Assembly: GCA_005223125.1 (NCBI GenBank)
Contig: NJBH01000008.1
Coordinates: 81,206-145,205 of the forward strand
Length of the DNA: 64,000 nt
Direction: 5' to 3'
DNA from: Promethearchaeota archaeon Loki_b32
GTDB taxonomy: Archaea > Asgardarchaeota > Lokiarchaeia > Sigyniarchaeales > SOKP01
Shown: positions 10,159 through 18,556 of the stretch, piece after piece
Layout: every line of letters starts with the position of its first letter
Position numbering within the stretch: position 1 is the stretch's first letter
Notes under the pieces: generated by a model
Databases searched by the model: none
What the model was told of the DNA's origin: nothing
The model's input: only the letters and a program-made list of their open reading frames with translations
Made by a program: the position numbers and the translations under genes

Positions 10159-10193
10159 TCTTAGAAATTATAAATAAACTTTTTTTTTTCAAA
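10118..10193 (+). repeat. Direct repeat copy 2
   Basis: Matches 7959-8036 at an offset of 2159 bp. Confidence 0.9.
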
Positions 10194-10230
10194 CTCTATC
10201 TGGGCAGTACTTCTATACTCTATCTGGGAA

Positions 10231-10509
10231 ATGGTGAAAAGATGCCTATTATTTTACGAAATTAAAGAAATTAAACACTCTGTTAATCTATCAAATGTAA
10301 TAAATTCGGAAATTGTGCTTCATTTTTTAGCGAAAATCTCTAATACTCTCATATTATATGAAACTAAACAAGAGATAACGCAGTCTAGTGGTTCAAATAG
10401 TCGTGAGGAAGTAATTCAGTCTTTACAAAATATTTTTATTCAAGTGGATCCTTCACTAAAACTTGTTAAAGGAAAGATAAGAGAAATTTTTTTGTCATAT
10501 TCTTCTTAA
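10231..10509 (+). CDS. Hypothetical protein or gene fragment
   Basis: ORF only; no motif recognised. Confidence 0.3.
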   Translation: MVKRCLLFYEIKEIKHSVNLSNVINSEIVLHFLAKISNTLILYETKQEITQSSGSNSREEVIQSLQNIFIQVDPSLKLVKGKIREIFLSYSS

Positions 10510-10512
10510 AGA

Positions 10513-12084
10513 TTAATTATTATCAACAGTTTCTCCATATCCAATTAACCGATAACGTCTATTTATTATTCTCGAAATTGCAAAGATAAAATCTTCTGCA
10601 GGACATATTGGAGGATTTAATTTAATGATAACACTGTCTTTTAAAATTTTAGTTACTGTTCCTCCTGTTTTTTCTGTACCAACGACTAATAATAATTTTT
10701 CATTATGCTTAAGCGAATGTACTCTGAGCATCTGCTCGGAGCCAATCACCCTATCTAATAGGTTCACTTTAAATTCAATTTCATGAAGGATTTCAGGTAA
10801 TGTATCTGGTTTTCCGACTAGGTTCCCTATTAAATGATCACCCTTAGTTAAAGCAGGATCTAAGTTAGTTCCTAAACCTATAAGCCCTCCAGGTTTTGCG
10901 TTATCTAGTAGGTTACTCCCTTGACTAATACTAACAACAGTAGATTTTAAAGGAATGTATTCATCTTTCACCCTTAAACCCGGTCGAATTTCTATTTGAT
11001 CTCCAATTTTAATCATTCCTTTTAACACTGAACCACCAATTACCCCACCCTTTAAATCACTTATTTCTTTCCCAGGTCTATTAATATCAAAAGATCGTGC
11101 AATTAAAAATTGAAATTCGCCTTCAGGAAGTTTGGGGGATGGAATAATTTCTTCAAATGCTCTTATAATTAAATCTATATTTGCTCCAAATACAGCGGAA
11201 ATTGGTATTATTGGAGCGTTTTCAGCAATAGTTCCCTTAATAAATTCTTTAATTTGTTGGTAATTTTCTAATGCTTGTTCTCGTGAAACCGCATCAATTT
11301 TATTTTGAATGATGATGATATTTTTTATTCCAGCAATGTGTAATGCTTCTAAATGTTCCCTCGTTTGTGGTTGAGGACATCGCTCATCAGCCGCAATTAA
11401 TAAGCAAGCTCCATCCATTAATGAGGCCCCACTTAACATTGTTGCCATAAGAATTTCATGACCAGGAGCATCAACAAATGAAATATTCCTTCTAAATTCT
11501 AATTGTTCTTTACATTGTGGGCATAAGTAACGGGGTTGTCCTTTTTCCCTTGACTTCTCCGCTAGATAATATGTTATATATTCATCACAATTCGGACAAT
11601 ATAAAATTGTGGCATTAGAATACCCTAATTTTATTGAAATTCCTCTTTCTTGCTCTTCAGAGTGTCTATCTGTCCAATCTCCTGTTAATGTTTTCACTAA
11701 TGTAGTTTTTCCGTGATCCACATGACCTACTAAACCTATATTACATTCAGCTTGTTTTTTTATTAATTCTTTAATATTTGAAGCTTTAGTTTTAGATTTT
11801 GGTTTTGGTTTAGGTTTAGATTTTGGTTCTAGTTCTGGTTTTACTTTAGAAATAACTTTTACTTTAGATTTTGGCTCTTCTTGAGCACCAATTTCTTGAT
11901 ATAATTTCTTTGCATTAGTAATATATTTCTTTGCAGTAGCAGCACCCACACCTTTAATCTTTAACTTTATTAATTCATCAGGATTAACATTAGCTAATTT
12001 TGCAATGCTATCTATCCCTGCAGCTTTCATTTTATCTGCAGTAGCTTTTCCGATGCCAGCAATATCTGTTAAATCATATGACAT
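10513..12084 (-). CDS. eif2g: Translation initiation factor aIF2 gamma with an N-terminal helix-hairpin-helix domain
   Basis: NIGLVGHVDHGKTT, RGISIKLGY, Zn knuckle, FVDAPGHE, CPQPQTREH, QNKID, RLIGYG; preceded by ~110 aa with IAGIG/IKGVG HhH motifs and a K/P-rich linker. Confidence 0.95.
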   Translation of the reverse strand: MSYDLTDIAGIGKATADKMKAAGIDSIAKLANVNPDELIKLKIKGVGAATAKKYITNAKKLYQEIGAQEEPKSKVKVISKVKPELEPKSKPKPKPKSKTKASNIKELIKKQAECNIGLVGHVDHGKTTLVKTLTGDWTDRHSEEQERGISIKLGYSNATILYCPNCDEYITYYLAEKSREKGQPRYLCPQCKEQLEFRRNISFVDAPGHEILMATMLSGASLMDGACLLIAADERCPQPQTREHLEALHIAGIKNIIIIQNKIDAVSREQALENYQQIKEFIKGTIAENAPIIPISAVFGANIDLIIRAFEEIIPSPKLPEGEFQFLIARSFDINRPGKEISDLKGGVIGGSVLKGMIKIGDQIEIRPGLRVKDEYIPLKSTVVSISQGSNLLDNAKPGGLIGLGTNLDPALTKGDHLIGNLVGKPDTLPEILHEIEFKVNLLDRVIGSEQMLRVHSLKHNEKLLLVVGTEKTGGTVTKILKDSVIIKLNPPICPAEDFIFAISRIINRRYRLIGYGETVDNN

Positions 12085-12198
12085 GATAGTTAAATTTTAG
12101 GTGTTATGACAGCTGAATATATTATTCCTAAGAAAAATTAAGAATTGATTTTTTATTAAATTAATCAATATATTTCATATTTTAACCAAAAAAATCCA

Positions 12199-12417
12199 TT
12201 ATGATGTTTCAATTGTCTTGATTCCACCAGGTTTTTTATCACGTTCTTTATAAGAAACTCTCAAAAGGCTATCTACATAAAATGTGGATAGTTTCTTACA
12301 AGATTTACAAACAATATATACTGGAGCAGGGTATTGTCTAGAATCAATATCATCCATCTCAATTCTAAACGTTATTTTCTCATTACAGATTGGGCAAAAA
12401 TTAAATCTCAGAGGCAT
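12199..12417 (-). CDS. Small zinc-ribbon protein
   Basis: CPIC...YPAP...CKSC...YVD. Confidence 0.6.
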   Translation of the reverse strand: MPLRFNFCPICNEKITFRIEMDDIDSRQYPAPVYIVCKSCKKLSTFYVDSLLRVSYKERDKKPGGIKTIETS

Positions 12418-12524
12418 AATTTAAAAACCTGATAATTTTCTAATATAATGGTTAGATTCTTATTTTTAAATTATTATTTCTAATAATAAATATAGAATTA
12501 ATAATTTGTAACTATTGATAATAT

Positions 12525-14687
12525 ATGGTTAGGTTTTCTACTAAAAAATTTATCTACTTTTCAATCATCATTTTAACTCTCATTCCACTTGTCAGTTCAA
12601 GTCTAAGTTTTAGCTTCTCGAATTTAGAAAAGAATAATGTTTCGGAGGAAATTAGAGTTTCAAATGGAAACTTAGATTTGGATTTATCATTTCTACCAGA
12701 TATTGATTATTCTTCGTTAAATAATCTCTGGTATAACCATAAAATCGAAATGTTGATAATAACTCCAGATGGTTCTGCATTTGTCAACGCAATTCAACCA
12801 TTAGCAGATTGGAAAAATGAGAAAGGGGTAAAAACAGTCATATTAAGCAATTACTCTTCATATGAAGGTGTGGATGATGCTGATAAAATTCGTAATATGA
12901 TTAAATCGTATTATGAAAAAGAAAATGTTAGATGGGTCCTTTTAGCAGGTGATGCTGGAAACGGAAAGAATGAGCTCCCGATTAGATATGTTTATAATCC
13001 CGATGTTAGAAGCGTGGACCCACCTGAAAGTGAATCCATAGGAGATAATTATTTTAAACCTACGGATTTTTATTATGCGGATCTTACAGGTACTTGGGAT
13101 AGCGATGAAGATGAAGTATGGGGAGAGGCACCAGAGTATAATGATTTTGGTTTAGATGAGATTTCATGGATCCCTGAGGTTTATGTTGGAAGATTACCCG
13201 CAGGTAATTCCGTTGAACTTGAGACTATGGTAAACAAAACATTAAAATATGAAACTGATCCAGACGTAGATGATTGGATGAATAATATGCTCCTCGCTGG
13301 AGGTATTTCTGATACATTTTTTCAAGAGCCTCCAGATGGAGAAGATGAATCAAAACTAACTACATATATTTGGCAGAATTATGTTTTGTCAGAGATGAAC
13401 TTTACCCATTTATGGAGATCGACATATTATATACCTCCTGATCCTAAAGAACCATTAAATTCAACAAGTTTCATAGATCAATTTAATTTAGGTTATTCAA
13501 CGGTAATTTTTGCGGGTCATGGAGAATATTCTAGATATTTAGATCAATCTGGTACAATATATACCAATAATGATGCTCAAAATGCATTAAATACTAATAA
13601 ACCTTCATTAGTCTATGGAGATGCATGTACTACATCTAGCTATGATTATAACAATAATAGTATTGGAGAATATTTAATCAAAAAAAAAGATGCTGGAGCA
13701 ATTGGATATATCGGAGGTTTAAGAGTAACATGGTACCACGTGAATGATGACAACCTAGAGAAATTGAATCGTGGAAACGCGAAGCTTTTTTGGAAAGAAT
13801 TTTTTGAAGGAAAAAAGTTTCAACAAGGAAGAGCTCTATATGATTCTAAAGTTGCATATATAAATAGTGACTATTATAAAGGAGGAGAAGGAGCAACATA
13901 TAAGGAATGGGAACGTAAAAATCTATTAACATACTGTCTTTTGGGTGATCCAGAACTTGATATTTATACCAATAAACCAAAATTGGCATTAAATCCTTTT
14001 ACTGAAAATATTTATGAAGGCCAATTAGTTTCTACATCGATAAAGGATATCAATGGTAAAAACATTCCTTACGCAAGAGTTCACTTAAAATCATCTGATG
14101 GTAAATATTATACAGCATATGCAGATGAACGTGGTTTAGTGAGATTCCGTCTTCCTGCTCAAGCAACTGAATTTTATAATGTAACTATTACAGGACATAA
14201 TTTAGTTCCAACACATTTCAATTTTACTACAATTCCAGATAATTACGACCCTCAATTACTCAGATTAGACGTAATTCCTGAGAAACCTTCATCATCTAAC
14301 AAAATAAATTTTAGTATTGAAACTTATGATAATATGTCTGGAATAGAAAGTGTATATTTAGTATTATCAAAAGACAACTTTACTACTTACTCATATTATG
14401 AATCAACAAATAGCTATGAAGAAAATAATGATGTATTTACAATCACTACTGACAGATTAACTTCGGGTGAATATTCCTATTGTATTGTTTCAAGAGACTA
14501 TGCAAACAATACAAATGTGTTTTATAATTCAGGATTCACTTTTTCTCTATTAAAACCTATGATAGATTATATATTTATTTCATTTAGTGTTATGATTGTT
14601 GCAATCATAGGAATCTCTGTTTTCAGTCTCTTCAAAGGTTTACAAAGATATTCTCGTGTTGTCAAAGAGATTGAAAAATTAACGTAA
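12525..14687 (+). CDS. Peptidase C25 (gingipain-like) family, secreted and membrane-anchored
   Basis: MLIITP, WK..KG, VLLAGD, TDFYYADL, VGRLP, catalytic GHG and DAC, LLGDP; C-terminal TM. Confidence 0.9.
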   Translation: MVRFSTKKFIYFSIIILTLIPLVSSSLSFSFSNLEKNNVSEEIRVSNGNLDLDLSFLPDIDYSSLNNLWYNHKIEMLIITPDGSAFVNAIQPLADWKNEKGVKTVILSNYSSYEGVDDADKIRNMIKSYYEKENVRWVLLAGDAGNGKNELPIRYVYNPDVRSVDPPESESIGDNYFKPTDFYYADLTGTWDSDEDEVWGEAPEYNDFGLDEISWIPEVYVGRLPAGNSVELETMVNKTLKYETDPDVDDWMNNMLLAGGISDTFFQEPPDGEDESKLTTYIWQNYVLSEMNFTHLWRSTYYIPPDPKEPLNSTSFIDQFNLGYSTVIFAGHGEYSRYLDQSGTIYTNNDAQNALNTNKPSLVYGDACTTSSYDYNNNSIGEYLIKKKDAGAIGYIGGLRVTWYHVNDDNLEKLNRGNAKLFWKEFFEGKKFQQGRALYDSKVAYINSDYYKGGEGATYKEWERKNLLTYCLLGDPELDIYTNKPKLALNPFTENIYEGQLVSTSIKDINGKNIPYARVHLKSSDGKYYTAYADERGLVRFRLPAQATEFYNVTITGHNLVPTHFNFTTIPDNYDPQLLRLDVIPEKPSSSNKINFSIETYDNMSGIESVYLVLSKDNFTTYSYYESTNSYEENNDVFTITTDRLTSGEYSYCIVSRDYANNTNVFYNSGFTFSLLKPMIDYIFISFSVMIVAIIGISVFSLFKGLQRYSRVVKEIEKLT

Positions 14688-14699
14688 ATAATAGGATTC

Positions 14700-15257
14700 T
14701 CAACTTTTGTTAATTTTATCATGTTTCAAATCTAGTAGATATAAGATTGAACTTATGGTCCCAAATATACCTTGAATAATCAAAGCTAAAGCAATTAAAA
14801 ATATTGCTAAGAAATCTTTGAATACAAACAAAAAAACAATGATAAAGATTCCTACTATTGTAAATTTTAATACTGACGATAATTCGCTAAACACAATTTT
14901 CCATTTTTTCGATTTTTCCAATCTTGATTTAATTTCTTTCTGATAACTTTCTTCTCCCACTTCCTTAATATACCAACTTCCTTCTATATTATTAGCAAAT
15001 AAAAAGATACTCCACCATAATATGAAAAAGCTAAAGTAAAAATCCAGTGAACCTAATATAACAATTGGTATCTGCATTAGAATCATTCCACGCCACCCTA
15101 TCTTACGAGCCAATTTGTTAGTCTCAAGTTTTAATTCTTTAGTAACATATCTCGTACTTAATATGTCAAGCAATCTACCAATAATCGTTATAAAAGCATT
15201 TATTATAAATTGATACCATTCTACATTTTGGAGTATTAATTGAAATATCAATACCAT
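14700..15257 (-). CDS. Membrane protein
   Basis: Several TM segments; D..ST...ETN motif. Confidence 0.65.
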   Translation of the reverse strand: MVLIFQLILQNVEWYQFIINAFITIIGRLLDILSTRYVTKELKLETNKLARKIGWRGMILMQIPIVILGSLDFYFSFFILWWSIFLFANNIEGSWYIKEVGEESYQKEIKSRLEKSKKWKIVFSELSSVLKFTIVGIFIIVFLFVFKDFLAIFLIALALIIQGIFGTISSILYLLDLKHDKINKS

Positions 15258-15365
15258 CTACACCCCCTTGTTTATTCCTTTTAAATTTAACGTTTAAAAG
15301 CAAAAATTTTAATTATTAGCGTTTATTATTCCTATTTACTTGTAACCATATAAGTAGGTATTTTC

Positions 15366-15402
15366 TTATAAAATAACCGATACTTATAAAATGGTTATAT
15401 AA
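15366..15402 (+). promoter_or_regulatory. Candidate TATA boxes for the 5S precursor
   Basis: TTATAAAA at 15366 and 15384, TTATATAA at 15395, upstream of the precursor stem. Confidence 0.45.
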
Positions 15403-15450
15403 TGGTGCTAATAACCATATAAATTAAAAGCAACTCGCTTAGTGCCGGAA

Positions 15451-15600
15451 GTTAAACTTGTATGCGTTGTAGATAGTACTGTAGTTGCGATCTATGGGAA
15501 ACTACAAACTGTAAATTTGTTTACGGTCATGGTTTACGAGGAAAATACCCGGTCCCATCCGAAAAACCAGCTAATTTCGAGATGGTTCGGGAACCCGGAA
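15451..15600 (+). rRNA. rrf: 5S rRNA gene, circularly permuted and intron-containing (exons 15520-15563, 15594-15600, 15451-15515; UUUG linker 15516-15519)
   Basis: Helix I TTTACGGT(15520-27)/ACTGTAAA(15508-15); helix II TACGAG/CTTGTA; helix III ACCCGG/CCGG-AA-GT; helix V TTGTAG/CTACAA; loop E AGTA/GAAA; helix IV CTGTAG/CTATGG; conserved CCCATCCGAAC and GGAAGTTAA. Confidence 0.9.
15564..15593 (+). other. Predicted 30-nt archaeal-type (BHB/BHL) intron in 5S loop C
   Basis: Central helix TCCG/CGGG, bulges AA^A and AA^C, intron stem AACCA/TGGTT; removal restores CCCATCCGAACCCGGAA. Confidence 0.75.
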
Positions 15601-15630
15601 ATGCTATTTTATGTGGTTATAGTGTTTTCC

Positions 15631-15660
15631 ATTTTTAGATTCCTCTAAAAATAAGTTTTT
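15631..15660 (+). terminator. Hairpin plus T-tract downstream of the 5S precursor
   Basis: ATTTTTAGA-TTCC-TCTAAAAAT perfect 9-bp stem, followed by TTTTT. Confidence 0.5.
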
Positions 15661-15712
15661 ATATTATTAATTATATGCTTAATTAATACGGAATAACTCT
15701 TGTAGTGATACC

Positions 15713-16255
15713 TTGCCAAAAAAGTGGAAAGTCGTTCTCAAAACAATTGGAAGAAAGTGGTTTCTAATTCTTTTAGTGATTATCATCATTGTTGTTATAT
15801 ACAGTCCAATAGCAGCAATTTGGATGACCGGTATCACCTTAATTTTATTTCTTTTATCCTATATTCCAAGATTGTTTTTCAAAAATAAACTCCATAAATT
15901 TTTGAAGAAATACTATAAAATTGAAGATAATTTAATTGCAAGAAAGTTTAAAAAACCACTCGAGAAAATCCAAGATGAATTGTTTGAGTTATCACAAAAT
16001 CAGGAGAAGAAAAGCTGGTTAATTACTTTTTTAAATAAACAGTATGTTTTCTATCATCAAGAAACCATTGAAAAATTCAAGGAAGTATATAATAAAGGTT
16101 ATACTGAGAAAGAAATTCTTGATAGTTTGAAAGACTTTAAGGTTAATACTAGAGCAGAAATTAAAATAATCAAGGAAACCCTTGTTAAGCTTGAAAGACT
16201 TAGTGAGAGAGAAATCTCTGTAAAAGAACACAAAGAGAAACAAAGATTTGCCTAA
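15713..16255 (+). CDS. Hypothetical protein, two N-terminal TM helices
   Basis: 180-aa ORF with a hydrophobic N-terminus. Confidence 0.65.
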   Translation: MPKKWKVVLKTIGRKWFLILLVIIIIVVIYSPIAAIWMTGITLILFLLSYIPRLFFKNKLHKFLKKYYKIEDNLIARKFKKPLEKIQDELFELSQNQEKKSWLITFLNKQYVFYHQETIEKFKEVYNKGYTEKEILDSLKDFKVNTRAEIKIIKETLVKLERLSEREISVKEHKEKQRFA

Positions 16256-16328
16256 TTGAAATATTCTGAAAACTAATTGTTTAGAATTAAAAAAAAAGTA
16301 TAAAAAAGTAAAATAATAATAATATAAT

Positions 16329-16622
16329 TTAGTCTACTTCTCCAAAATCTAGATCAAAACTGAAATGCTTTCGAATTGGTTTCTTTACATTCCAAACACA
16401 TTTTAAACCTTTTTCAAACTGGACAAGATCTCCTTTCTTAAATTCAATTTTTTCTCCGGTATCCGAATCAATGACTTCCACTTCTCCATCTAAAATATAG
16501 CAGGTTTCAGTATCACTATAGGACCAATCGAACTCACTGACTTCTTTACTCCATGTTCCCCAAGATTTAACTTTTAGATTCGTTAATTCTTCCTCAGTTG
16601 GAATTTTCTTCTTCATCTTCAT
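16329..16622 (-). CDS. Cupin domain protein (DUF861 / Cupin_3)
   Basis: W.KE.SEF.W.Y...ETCYIL.GEV...GDLV.F.KGL.C.W. Confidence 0.9.
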   Translation of the reverse strand: MKMKKKIPTEEELTNLKVKSWGTWSKEVSEFDWSYSDTETCYILDGEVEVIDSDTGEKIEFKKGDLVQFEKGLKCVWNVKKPIRKHFSFDLDFGEVD

Positions 16623-16928
16623 TATAATTCACATTTATGTTTATCTATAAATTTATCAAAAAAAAGACTGGTAGAATTTATTATACCTCCATTAATTAAA
16701 TTTATTTTCAAAATCTTTTTTAATTATTTAAATTTGAAAAAAACAATAAAAAACAAAAATAAAAAATTATTATTCAATTCAATTAGTTTCAAAATATCGT
16801 TTCAAAAAAGAATATTAATTCGTTTTAAGATTATAATTATAACATAAAATTTAATAATCTCAGAAAAAAAGCTCTATGTAATTAAAACTTAAAAACAATA
16901 GCCCATAAACGGGAAAGAGAATACCATA

Positions 16929-17450
16929 ATGCCACAAAAGTTCATTCTTAAGATCCTTACGGCAGGGGAAGGAGGAGTGGGGAAAACAACACTACTCCAT
17001 AGGTATGTAGAGGGGAAATTTTCAGCTGAAACTAAAATGACAATTGGTGTAGAGTTTTTCTTGAAAGAGACGCAAATTGACTCGAATCACTGCACTCTAC
17101 AACTCTGGGATTTTGGTGGTCAAGAGCGGTTTAGATTTTTACTTGAAAGTTACGTATTAGGAGCAAAAGGAGCACTTCTCATGTTTGACCTCACAAGGTT
17201 AATGAGTCTTGAAAATTTGCAGCAATGGATTAACATTGTTCGGAAAGGTGATCCAAATCTTCCTGTTCTCTTTGTAGGTACAAAATTGGATTTAACCGAT
17301 GAGATCCAGATAGATGACGATTATGCTATGTCTTTTTTAAATGAATTTAACTTGATTGATTATATAAAAATCTCTTCAAAAACGGGCGAAAATGTTGGTA
17401 CAGTTTTTGAAATGTTAACAAGAAATATATTAGAGCGCCAAGCCTATTGA
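16929..17450 (+). CDS. Rab/Ras-like small GTPase
   Basis: G1 GEGGVGKT, G2 TIGVEF, G3 WDFGGQERF, G4 TKLD, G5 SSK. Confidence 0.95.
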   Translation: MPQKFILKILTAGEGGVGKTTLLHRYVEGKFSAETKMTIGVEFFLKETQIDSNHCTLQLWDFGGQERFRFLLESYVLGAKGALLMFDLTRLMSLENLQQWINIVRKGDPNLPVLFVGTKLDLTDEIQIDDDYAMSFLNEFNLIDYIKISSKTGENVGTVFEMLTRNILERQAY

Positions 17451-17890
17451 AATCCAAGAATAGTGTAGTGGTTATCGATTCTAATTTTATATTACTTCCT
17501 TTTCAGTTTAAAATAGATTATTTTAACGAAATAAGATTAAAGCTTGAAGGAAAATTGAAATTTATCATATATCAACAAATTTTAAACGAATTAGATGCAA
17601 AAAAAAGAAGAGAATCCAAAGCTACTAAATTTGCATCGTTTCTTGAATCGGGTTTATTATACTTAGAAAGGAACAAAGAGAAATATGACATTGAAATAAT
17701 GGAAGATATCAAAAATGATAACGAGACTACTGATGATTTTATACTAAGATTGTCAGTAAAGCTTAAGAATGTAGGTCAAACTGTTTATTTAGCAACTAAT
17801 GATTCAGAATTGCGTAAAAAAGCAAAAAGAATAAGGATTGGAATAATTTTTTTAAGACAAAAGAAATATTTGTCTTTTGAAAGAGCTTAA
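17447..17890 (+). CDS. PIN-domain ribonuclease, Fcf1/Utp24-like
   Basis: VIDSNF, EL, TDD, LATND.ELR...LRQKKYL; TTG start overlaps the GTPase stop. Confidence 0.85.
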   Translation: MKSKNSVVVIDSNFILLPFQFKIDYFNEIRLKLEGKLKFIIYQQILNELDAKKRRESKATKFASFLESGLLYLERNKEKYDIEIMEDIKNDNETTDDFILRLSVKLKNVGQTVYLATNDSELRKKAKRIRIGIIFLRQKKYLSFERA

Positions 17891-18009
17891 AAAAAATATA
17901 AAATAATTAGTACATATTAAAGTTTTAACTAAAAATATTAATACATATTTAACCCTATATTAACCAATAATCGAGGTTTTATATTTATTTACTGATTTGA
18001 TGGAGAAGA

Positions 18010-18525
18010 ATGTCCAAAGCGATATTATTAAAGATTATCACGGCAGGAGATGGTGGTGTTGGCAAGACAACACTCCTTTATCGATATATAGAAGGGAGAT
18101 TTCTAGCTAATACGCGTATGACTATTGGTGTGGAATTCTTTCTCAAAGAGCTTAATATAGAAGGAAAAAAAATATTACTCCAAGTTTGGGATTTTGGTGG
18201 ACAGGATCATTTCAGACCTCTATTAAAGAATTATGCTGTGGGAGCAAGAGGAGCATTACTACTTTTTGATCTCACCAGACCATCAAGTTTAGAACGAATT
18301 GAGCAATGGGTTGATATTTGCAGAGGGGGGACTCAAGAGATTCCTATCATTTTCTTAGGAACAAAATTAGATCTAGAAGATCAAATAACAATATTCGATA
18401 GTTTTGCTTTGAAATTTAAGGAACAATATGGTTTTTTTGATTATTTAAAGATTTCTTCGAAAACTGGAGAAAATGTTAATTTAGCATTTGAACTATTGGC
18501 AAGAGAACTTGTAAAAGACTTATAA
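18010..18525 (+). CDS. Rab/Ras-like small GTPase
   Basis: GDGGVGKT, TIGVEF, WDFGGQ, TKLD, SSKTG. Confidence 0.95.
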   Translation: MSKAILLKIITAGDGGVGKTTLLYRYIEGRFLANTRMTIGVEFFLKELNIEGKKILLQVWDFGGQDHFRPLLKNYAVGARGALLLFDLTRPSSLERIEQWVDICRGGTQEIPIIFLGTKLDLEDQITIFDSFALKFKEQYGFFDYLKISSKTGENVNLAFELLARELVKDL

Positions 18526-18556
18526 ATAATAGTACAATAAGCCAAAATTTTGATTT

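Noticed and set aside
15445-15600. Two tandem truncated 5S copies instead of one permuted gene
   Set aside because: The halves are complementary, overlap only in CCGGAA, are joined by 4 nt and sit inside paired flanks. Not formally excluded without reads.
15442-15648. 68-aa ORF MPEVKLVC...
   Set aside because: Shadow ORF over the 5S rRNA locus; RNA helices explain the sequence and no protein motif is present.
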